Shown here in pieces: positions 20,201 to 28,100 of a stretch of DNA of 64,000 nt. Source of the stretch: a virus; the IMG/VR virus record IMGVR_UViG_3300027573_000023, positions 1 through 64,000 of that record; one strand, given 5' to 3'. The notes beneath the pieces were generated by a model, which did no database searches, was not told where the DNA came from, and saw only the letters and a program-made list of their open reading frames with translations. Numbering within the stretch: position 1 is the first letter of the stretch; every line of letters starts with the position of its first letter. Position numbers and translations under genes: made by a program.

Positions 20201-21601
20201 GCGCTTGCTGTTGGACTTAAACCACTGATTGGATTAGCCAATGCTGTTGGTTTTAATTTCCACGCAATCATTAAGAGTGGAGGTATGTATAGTTGGAATG
20301 ACTTTTGGACTAATGAAATGAAGATAACTACTGGTATAGGCCTAACCACAGAAGATAAAGCTTTACTACATTATCTTACTACTCCAGAAGATGTTATGAA
20401 AGAACAATTAAGAGGAGCTGCATTGAAAAAAGGAGTGCTTTCTTATCTGTCTACTTGGTCCTTTACAGATGTTATGATGCTTACTAACTCTTTCCCTGAG
20501 AGAAAACTTATCTTAACCAATGCTAAAAGCTTTAATGATAATGCTATAATCATTGATGGTAAAATCGTTAATGCCAGACAGTATTTGAAAGAGCAAGACA
20601 GAGCTACTAAGTATAAATTGTCCTCAGAGGAAAGAAGAGCTAAAGAGAAAGCCTTTCCTGAAAGAGTCAAAGCCCTGATAGCCTCATCAACAAAGCTAAC
20701 CTCAGCTGTTAAAATCACTGATGAGAAAATAACTATTGAGGGAGTAAGCGAGGATGAGATAGTTAGATATAGTTTGAAGGTATCTGAGTTTTCAAGAAAT
20801 CTTAATGGTGCCATGAATCCTGATAACAAAGCTGGTTATCGTAGAGATACAATCTTCTCTTCCTTTATGATGTTTAAGAATTGGATTCCTAAGTTATTGA
20901 TATCTCGTACAGGTGGTATTAAATATAATCTTGAGACTGAGAACTGGGAATATGGTAGAACCAGAGCTCTTGCCAGAGTTATTATGGAAATGGGTAGTTT
21001 AAATATCAATAAGCTAATAGCAATTCATAGTGGTAAGGAAGAAGGATTACAAATATTAAGAGACATTCTGGTAGCTAAGAAGGCAGAGCACTTTGAAAAA
21101 ACAGGACAGGAGTTAGATATAAGCGAAGAAGAATTCTTTGACTTAATGAGATCAGAGATAGGTAATACGTACAGAGAGTTAGCTCTATTGGCAGGTACAA
21201 TGGGAGCTGTGCTTGCAGTAGGAGCCTTGAAACCACCTGATGATGCTTCAGATATAGAGAAGAACAGATGGAAATGGTGGGCTAAAGCTTTCAATAAAAT
21301 CCATGAAGAGCTTGCTTTCTACTATCTCCCTACATCAATGGAGTCAATAACAAGAGGAAGTATACTACCTTCTCTTGGTTTACTATCAAAATTTGCACAA
21401 CTGCTAAAGGCTTTCTATAAAGAAACTGAGGGATATGTTACTGATGATGATAAAGCAATGGAGCAAGCGCATCCATTTAAATACTTTCTTAACTTAATCC
21501 CTGGTCTTGCTCAGTTCCAGAATGATTATTTACCATATCTGAATGCAGACTTGGCTAAATGGCAGGGAATAAGAACAACAGAACAATCCAGAAGACAATA
21601 A
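14210..21601 (+). CDS. Second large ejection/cargo protein (2463 aa) with two zincin-like modules and a PD-(D/E)xK nuclease-like domain
   Basis: Directly follows the vRNAP. EEAAH (14780) and EEMVH (17171) modules, HEIQND motif, GTEGH...E...ADFI...DWK...Q..EY nuclease signature, and a C-terminal FMMFKNWIP segment plus hydrophobic helix typical of crAss-like cargo proteins. Confidence 0.75.
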   Translation: MACPIKIKDKLVAHVEKATDHALNKSLPEAQEIGRRVNDSFGMPVVRFSQTDGDYIDRAINIPPALVEIYYQNELRMEEAERTENVVEEELAEEEELRVIDEARSLQQREAERAGEEYGDDLLYNLDSTNPEVKITTLNKIGNFIEKLGVPVEFTDFGDSPAVAAANFVKGVIQITSNIDKRPAAWNSLPEEAAHWWYRLLKNHDLKQELWDHHLTLAKANELYRTEYGKLVTSPEQLKEEAIGQIIADVIQKIENGTATEKEKSFWEKFKDFIRNFFNRDALTDISEDSFTMAAQRILNSDLSDLLSPQEYRELYQITENIIMAEDAPSEDEFVPNVENVNEYIDNLLAGKFRRRTRFMPQTLARISYLTTAVLKKEKLTPEQKRALETKHRYATITPDLISFETLRRKHKKQPIPLNADIKVEGAKKDEISLLNTVLDLIRKENPQMKSINVEDFINEVNVFLDEEYRLGFAREGEGSMWETWKVNDTFADPTDIKHRKISLRFNDEYIDKRSHFGLSPIAFGSYTPFLDSVLIHEIQNDFFEELVPAEKSDKMSLAHSIAQVLKYSSIFYDTVLESIDKSTPFNFNEVQDLYTKFKQRLDEQNNMFPQDSLELERARDAMDSLFKIKRVLDDIRNKKTLKFVDQQIMDMYKEKGLMNPEVVKEGAITDFINRIEEKGYQLKTDEKYLLRMALSTVRFYNVGFANSLNIGNWFNKQYLEHRRRVQAAYTRERVAKSLVGYNNMTVEDFSRLVDNIQYNVNLTQENKVEEEQRAINSNIKSFRKELNYFTPLIHKVLQTAIINNPGKKLYFSGYDIALISQVQIEKKGVKTPTANLYAGPEDVAAGKADKLGAMWINMNNVRGVKLKYVENIPGFVTPVSGYEIDVSNYKFEAPILFSLKEQVAEQARPAAIEVAPQTKNVRPSKANSETLIKVKEAMRQMGVQFQLLHDYVKGNPDIDVKDVNGLADLSSGVIAVAQGMEDVALTEEMVHIATAILEQTNPSLITNMISKIERFKIYKLTYNQYKNNKNYQLSNGKPDIRKIKKEAVDRLIAEHIIQQSEGSTDFPELMQREDRNLVQSWWDNILETLRNLYSKTKVDLFAQAAEHIMAGNIGRIEDMKAQGVYYQLNKNVVGNNAQVDSLFDHASSIHGRMELKDKTDAKKRHYLLDKTIEVARSITEKTKAKSSMPDRSEFEKIIDLQKQNWGTEGHRYIHKYITDNLIDKDGFKKPFTDIPVTSVLDDAAQEVLNTFCQNLINSYPEGTRFLLETMVLNQREKGLLGSTADFIAISPAQKADGSEDIAVDVLDWKFTDIDKSREEDVPWYKQKDWKPQMGEYSKIMYEYGVKPAQLKKARMIPFIMNYEDIVKGDKKSGKRPSSIEVGKIDSLTETTLYLLPVPINTETTGNEAIDDLLKTLRSQWDKMYSKQVSPEARSIKRIQMNELAKAIRVLHVTLNFSPLVSVGRTFDKTSKAALETFKDIDYTKLSTEQIKAKLQELLEHKANAANFTMLDEAFISQFGDENLSPEATKTLLGLKAVSANAKSSLKKILVLQKEYVAQIAVREKFISENNKTALFDAEREISGMVKNFVEGSRLPAKLINFASNLIMRVKKLSEKKFIDKYNEFKQILLPLEKEAAARGVRAFDMIGTTDEHGLHLIKKVKKEFWNAVTEAKEEGNEDKKFLMQNMDMVEFNRLAKEAMDKGIAELNLIEFSEDADQDAYIRAGKIKRLRNSIDINRKDFFGYNEYVFNHIFRQVVKSDDHLSDEYKNMAKSKAALDAWNFFTEMNERARTVGYIDKQGMSFFPLIEASILDKMKQTTNKGTELLDIFKGLYTVKVNEEQTFGKVDTETGQTKKTLPKYFTKKGNLATEQLSTDLNKVGALWIKALMDFEAKDSIENTLLTIGAVERSKGSLMVDEQGDLIPEGAGFKVNKKVNKNADVYDAIIDDGLYDLEENLGSVGNISLRKFAKSTTKTAEAGIEREVALRKGLKNLDTWTRALAVGLKPLIGLANAVGFNFHAIIKSGGMYSWNDFWTNEMKITTGIGLTTEDKALLHYLTTPEDVMKEQLRGAALKKGVLSYLSTWSFTDVMMLTNSFPERKLILTNAKSFNDNAIIIDGKIVNARQYLKEQDRATKYKLSSEERRAKEKAFPERVKALIASSTKLTSAVKITDEKITIEGVSEDEIVRYSLKVSEFSRNLNGAMNPDNKAGYRRDTIFSSFMMFKNWIPKLLISRTGGIKYNLETENWEYGRTRALARVIMEMGSLNINKLIAIHSGKEEGLQILRDILVAKKAEHFEKTGQELDISEEEFFDLMRSEIGNTYRELALLAGTMGAVLAVGALKPPDDASDIEKNRWKWWAKAFNKIHEELAFYYLPTSMESITRGSILPSLGLLSKFAQLLKAFYKETEGYVTDDDKAMEQAHPFKYFLNLIPGLAQFQNDYLPYLNADLAKWQGIRTTEQSRRQ

Positions 21602-21603
21602 TC

Positions 21604-21975
21604 ATGACAGTTAGAAATAAAATATTAGTATCAGTACTTGTAGTACTTCTAATAACCATCATTTTTTTAGTATCTTTGTTACTATCTAAATATCAGGAGT
21701 TTAAATACCTGCAGGACAAGCATAATCAACTTAGAATAAGCTACGAAAACTGTCATACAGACAGTGCTAATTCAGTTATTGAGAAAGAGTTGCTCTACTC
21801 TAATGTAGAGGAACTGACTACTACTTTAAAAACTCAAACTAAGCTGATTAAAGATTTAACTAAACAAGTTATAGAACTTAAATACAACCCTATAATAGTT
21901 AGGGCAATCCCTTGTGATGATGTTCTTCAGGAATATACAAGTCCTGATGACAATACATCAGCACGAGGTTTTTAA
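21604..21975 (+). CDS. Single-pass membrane protein with coiled coil (possible i-spanin-like lysis protein)
   Basis: ATG at 21604 just after the upstream stop is the likelier start. N-terminal hydrophobic helix ILVSVLVVLLITIIFLVSLLL followed by a coiled coil with two Cys. Confidence 0.45.
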   Translation: MTVRNKILVSVLVVLLITIIFLVSLLLSKYQEFKYLQDKHNQLRISYENCHTDSANSVIEKELLYSNVEELTTTLKTQTKLIKDLTKQVIELKYNPIIVRAIPCDDVLQEYTSPDDNTSARGF

Positions 21976-21986
21976 TATACATCACC

Positions 21987-22127
21987 ATGGTAAAAGAACA
22001 CTATACCACAGCTAAGCGAGTGGTTTTCAAGAAAAACAGGTTTGGTATTCACGCCAAAAGCAAGTCTAGTAAACTAAAATCTAGTAAAAATTACCATAAA
22101 CGATACGTTGGACAGGGTAAAAACTAA
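21987..22127 (+). CDS. Small basic protein, 46 aa (not in ORF track)
   Basis: Hand translation MVKEHYTTAKRVVFKKNRFGIHAKSKSSKLKSSKNYHKRYVGQGKN; fills the gap between neighbouring genes. Confidence 0.7.
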   Translation: MVKEHYTTAKRVVFKKNRFGIHAKSKSSKLKSSKNYHKRYVGQGKN

Positions 22128-22132
22128 TAACC

Positions 22133-25100
22133 ATGGCATGCAATTGTACAGATTCAATACTTTCAAATTGTAGCAACCAGGATCTATTAAGCTTAGGAGC
22201 AATTATTGCTTCTCTTGGTTGTGGTCCTCTTGGTACCAATTTGACGTACATGCCTTCGCCAACTAATGGAACCATCTTAAGTAGCACAGGTACACCTGCC
22301 TTTGTGCCCCCAGTGAACGCTGTCAATGCTGGACTAATGCTTCCAGGACAGTACCTTAAGCTATTGAATGAAGTAGAAGTGCTATCTAATAAGCAGAACT
22401 CAATGCTTAATGATGGTACAGGGACCAAGTATCCTACAGTGGATGCTGTTAATCTATTTGGTCTTAACATACTTAAAGTTACAGCCAGTACTGGTTTCAT
22501 AGATAGGGTAGATGACTTCAGTATGGAGCTGATAGATCCTTCTACTATTCACATTACAGCATCAGATCCAGGTGCTTTTGTAAGATCTAAATTATTTGCT
22601 ACTCCTCCTATTTTCCCAGCAGATGCTGTTGTTAATATTACTGAAAGAGACTATCTGGCATCATCTCTTACTCTTCCAGCTGCTGATGGAAGATACTTTA
22701 GATTTATAGGATATAATTACTATGATGATAGTATTGTTAACTCACCAACAAGTTATTACTTATTAGATAGTATTGTACAATTAGCATACGTTGAAGTCTT
22801 ACGTTCAGGAGGAGTAAATACATTTACTGTTCTTCAAATGGAGCCTGACTTGTCAACTACAGCATTGTTTGAAACTGTAATGATAGCCAATCAGACAACA
22901 GTAGTAGTAGTGCCTAATATTCCTCCTGGATTGACTATTAACAGTACTCAAGGTTTGATTAAAGCACACACTATCAATTGGGGAACCATTGTTGGTAACC
23001 TGCATATTAAAGTTCATCCTGCAGAAGAACCAGCATCATTTCTTATTATTGATAGAAGTTATATAGATACAGCTACACCAGTTTTACCTACTACAAATGT
23101 AAATGTATCACAATATTGGAACCCTATTACACAGTTACGAGAAACAATACCTAATCCTATTAATAACTGTACCATTCAAAGATGGTTACTTACCCTTGAT
23201 GGAAGATTGATTCAACAACTTGGGGATAAAATATATACATCAAAGGCTAATGCAGAGAAGGATCTTCCTTCAGCAACTTTCGAGAATATATTTCCAAGTG
23301 ATATAGCTATTGAGATATGTAAAATGATAGCTGTCAAGAATGCCACAGATCTTACTGACCTTACAAAAGTACAGTTTTACTATGGTGGTGGTGGTGGAGG
23401 TGGTAGTTCAGCAGGAGCTACAACCCTGGATAGTTTAGTTGATGTAGAGATTGTTAATCCTCTTGATGCTCATGTGCTTACCTATGAGACTTCTACCCAA
23501 TTGTGGAAGAACAAACCACCAGTAGGGGGAGGGGGTGGCACTATTACAGGTACTGGTACTCCAGGTGTACACGCTATGTGGACAGGTCCCACTGCCTTAG
23601 CTGATAGTAGTATATCAGAGACTGCTTCTCTTATTACATTGGGATTAAATACAACTGTCAGTGGTGCTCTTATTGCAAACAGTTTTAGTGTACCATTAGG
23701 TTCATCCTCTCAATTTTTAAAAGCTAATGGAAGTTTAGACAGTAATGTCTATGCTTTAGATTCTGCACTCAGTGGTAAGCAAGACTTTATTATCGCAGGC
23801 ACTGCTTTACAATATTACAGAGGTGATAAAACCTTCCAGACTTTAAACACTTTAGCAGTTCCTGAGTTAACAAACTTATACTATACAGAAGCAAGAGTTT
23901 CTGCTAACACAGATGTTGCAGCAAATACTGCAGCAAGACATGCAGCTGTAACATTAGGAACTGCAAATGGATTATCTTTAGCTGGACAGGTACTAAGTAT
24001 GGACTTGGCAGACACAGATACAACTGGAGCATTGTCATTTACAGACTGGAATACATTTAATAATAAACAATCTTCCATAGGATTTACACCAGTACCTAAT
24101 ACTAGACTTATTAACACAACCTCTCCACTACAAGGTGGTGGTAATCTTACTGCTGACAGAACTATCTCTATACCAGTAGCTACTGGCTCTGCTGATGGAT
24201 ATTTATCATCAACAGACTGGAGCACTTTTAGTGGTAAGGAACCACCAATCGCTGCAGGTACTGCTGCACAATATTATAGAGGAGATAAAACTTTTCAAAC
24301 TTTAAATACTTCAATAGTCCCTGAATTAACAAACTTATATTACACAGAGGCAAGAGTATCTGCTAATACAGATGTAGTTGCTAATACAGCAGCCAGAAAT
24401 AAATGGGATGGTAGTGCTATTGTCACTCCTGGTGACGCAGCTGCTGCTAGAACTTCTTTAGGAGCAACTACAATTGGTGGTAATATATTTACATCTGCAA
24501 ACCCTAGTGCTATTACATTCCTAAGAGCTAATGCAACTAACACAGTTTCATGGTTAAGTGCCTCTGCATTTAGGACAGCCATAGGTGCAGGTACTGGTAA
24601 TGGTACAGTGACTTCAGTATCAGTGACACTGGGTACTACAGGAACAGATATAGCCTTTTCTGTTGCAACTCCTAATAGCACACCAGCTATAACACTTAAT
24701 ATACCAACAGCTTCTGGCTCTAATAGAGGAGCATTGTCTTCAGCAGATTGGACTACATTTAATAATAAACAACCAGGAGATGTAGGATTGACTTCATTAG
24801 CTGGATTAGCTTTTACATCAGTTGGTTTTGTTAAACAAACTGCTCTTGATACTTTTGCAATAGATACTAACACATATGCTTTATCTTCTTCTCTTGCTGG
24901 CAAACAAGATGCATTAACTGGCCCAGGATTAGTTAAAGCTGTCGCAGGAGTTATAACCTATGTCACTGATAACAGTACCAACTGGGATACTGCCTATACT
25001 GATAGAATGAAATGGGATGGTGGTTCTACTGGATTAAATGCTGCAACTGGTAGAACTTCTTTAGAAGCTACAGTGTTAGGAACCAGTATTTTTAAATCAT

Positions 25101-28100
25101 TAGACACCCCTACTTCAATTAGATTTTTACAGGCTAATGCAGACAACACTGTTTCCTGGTTAAGTGATAGTCAATTCAGAACTGCTATAGGTGTTGGTAC
25201 TGGTACTGTAACTTCTGTTACTGGTACAGGTACAGTCTCTGGTATAACATTGACAAGTTCAGGAACCACTGCAGTAACATTAACCTTAGGTGGTGCTTTA
25301 TCTCTTGCTTTAGATGGTCTTTCTGATGTTGCTGTAGCCTCTCCTACAGATGCTCAGGTTCTTGTTTATGAACAATCAACACTTTTATGGAAAAATAAAA
25401 CTATTGCTACAGGTGGTGGTACAGTAACTTCTGTTGCCTTAACCATGCCTAGTATATTTTCTGTAGGTGGTTCCCCTGTTACAGGTGCAGGAACCTTGGC
25501 AACAACATTAGTATCTCAGACAGCTAAGACATTCTTTGCAGCACCTAATGCAACAGATGATGTTCCTGCTTTTAGACTTATTGTATCTTCAGATATACCA
25601 ACACTAAACCAAAGTACAACTGGTAGTGCAGGATTTCTATCTCCAGGAGCAAATATTCAAGGTGTTTTATTCACAGGTGCTACTAATATTAATATAATAA
25701 ATGGAACTGGATTTGTTAAAGCATCTGGTACAACTATTACTTATGATAGCAATACATATCTAACAGCAAATCAATCTATTGTGCTGTCTGGGGATGTATC
25801 AGGAACAGGCTCTACTGCAATCACTACTGCTATAGGTGCTAATAAAGTTACCTTAGCTATGATGGCTCAAATTACTACTGATTCTTTCTTAGGAAGGGAT
25901 ACAACAGGTACAGGAAATGTTGAGGTATTAAGTGTAGCTACAGTTAAAACACTACTTGGTATTTCAGGAACTAATACTGGAGACCAGACTATCACCTTGA
26001 CAGGCCCTGTAACTGGTAGTGGAACTGGATCATTTGCTACTACTATAACTGATAAAGCAGTAACCCTTGCTAAGATGGCTGATATGGCTACAGCTTCATT
26101 TTTAGGAAGAAATACTGCAGCAGTTGGAGTTCCTGAAGTACTTAGTATAGCTACAGCTAAAACAATGCTTAACCTTTCAGGTAATAATACTGGAGATCAA
26201 ACAATCACTTTAACAGGAGATGTAACTGGTTCTGGAACAGGCAGTTTTGCTGCTACTATTGCTAACAAAGCAGTTACATTAGCTAAAATGGCTGATATAG
26301 CTACAGATTCATTTTTAGGAAGAGATACTACAGGTACAGGTGTTGTTGAAGTATTGAGTGTATCTACAGTTAAAACTTTACTTAATCTTACTGGAACCAA
26401 TAGTGGAGACCAAACAATTACCTTAACAGGAGATGTAACAGGTAGTGGTACAGGTAGCTTTGCTGCAACATTATCAAACACTGGTGTTACAGCAAATACA
26501 TATAACAATGTAACTGTTGATGCTAAAGGACGTGTAACAGCTGGTTCAAATGTAGCCTATGGTACAGGTACTGTAACCTCTGTTACTGGTTCAGGTACAA
26601 TTGCAGGTATAACATTAACTCAAGGAGGAACTGCTGCTGCTATAACATTAACTCTAACTGGTGCTTTAGTTGCAACAGGGGCTGCCTTTGGTTCTAAAAC
26701 AGCTACATATGTTCTTGCTGCTCCTACTGCATCAGCTGGTACTCCTGATTTTAGACCACTTGTTGCTGCAGATATACCAACACTGGCTCCTATAAATTCA
26801 CCAACATTTACTGGAGTACCATTATCAACTACTCCTACAGCAGGAGACAGTAGTACTAAGATAGCTACTACTGCTTTTGTGGCAGCAGCTATTACTACAG
26901 CTGGAGGTATCACATTTGCTTCTGCTATTCCTACTTTTACAGCAGGACCAAATTCAACAGTAGTAACTGGAGATACTCTTGAGGTTGGACTTGAAAAACT
27001 ACAAGGGCAAATAGATAACAAACAGGCATTAGACAGTACTTTAACAGAACTCGCTAAATTGGCTTGGGTTTCTGGTACCCCTTTTGTTAAAATGAATTCT
27101 GATAGTACTTTTTCATTAGACACTAATACTTATTTTATAGTTACAAGTCAATCACCTAATCAAATTTATGCAGGGCCTGCTTCTGGATCTGGTACACCTT
27201 TATTTAGAACTATGGTTACTGCAGATATTGCTAATAACATAGTAACACTTGCTAAACTTGCTACTATAGCTACAAACAGAATATTAGGTAGAGTAACTGC
27301 TAGTACAGGCAATGTTGAAGTATTAACTCCAGCTAATGTTTTAACAATATTAGGAGCTACAACAACAGGAACTGCTTTACTTACTGCTCCTGCTAATACT
27401 TTAACTAATAAATTTCTACAAGTAAATGTTGATAGCACTGTTACCTGGAATGCTGCTCCTGCTCAAAGAACAGCTCTTGGTGCAACTACACTTGGTGCTA
27501 ATATCTTTACCTCCCCTAATATCACCCTATCTGATAAGTTTCCAAGAGCAAACTATCTCGATAATACAGTGAGTTGGTTAGATGCTGCAGCAATGAGAGT
27601 AGCTCTTGGTGTAGGTACAGGTACAGGTAGTGTAACTTATGTGGATGCATTAGCAATAGATTCTGTTGGAACAGATATAACATCAAGTGTTGCTAATCCT
27701 ACCACTACACCAGTAATAACACTTAATATCCCAGATGCATCAGTATCAAGCAGAGGAGCATTAACTTCAACTGATTGGTCAACTTTTAATAATAAACAAG
27801 AAATATTAGATGGCACAGGAGTAGTTAAATCTGCTGCTGGTACTATAGAATATTTGGTAGACACAACAGTAGGTAGAAATATTTTAACTTCTACTGATCC
27901 TACAGCTATTACTTTTTTAAGAGCTAATGCAGATAATACTGTATCATGGCTGACTGCTTCTGCTTTTAGAACTGCCATTGGTGCTGGTACAAGTAGTACA
28001 TCAGGTACTGTAACCTCTGTTGGATTAGCTTTACCAAGTATATTTACTATTACAGTTTCCCCTATCTCATCCTCAGGAACATTGACTGCAACCTTAGCAA

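Noticed and set aside
21671-21678. TATCTTTG promoter-like box
   Set aside because: It lies inside the TM-coding region with no properly spaced -33 element; likely chance in T-rich sequence.
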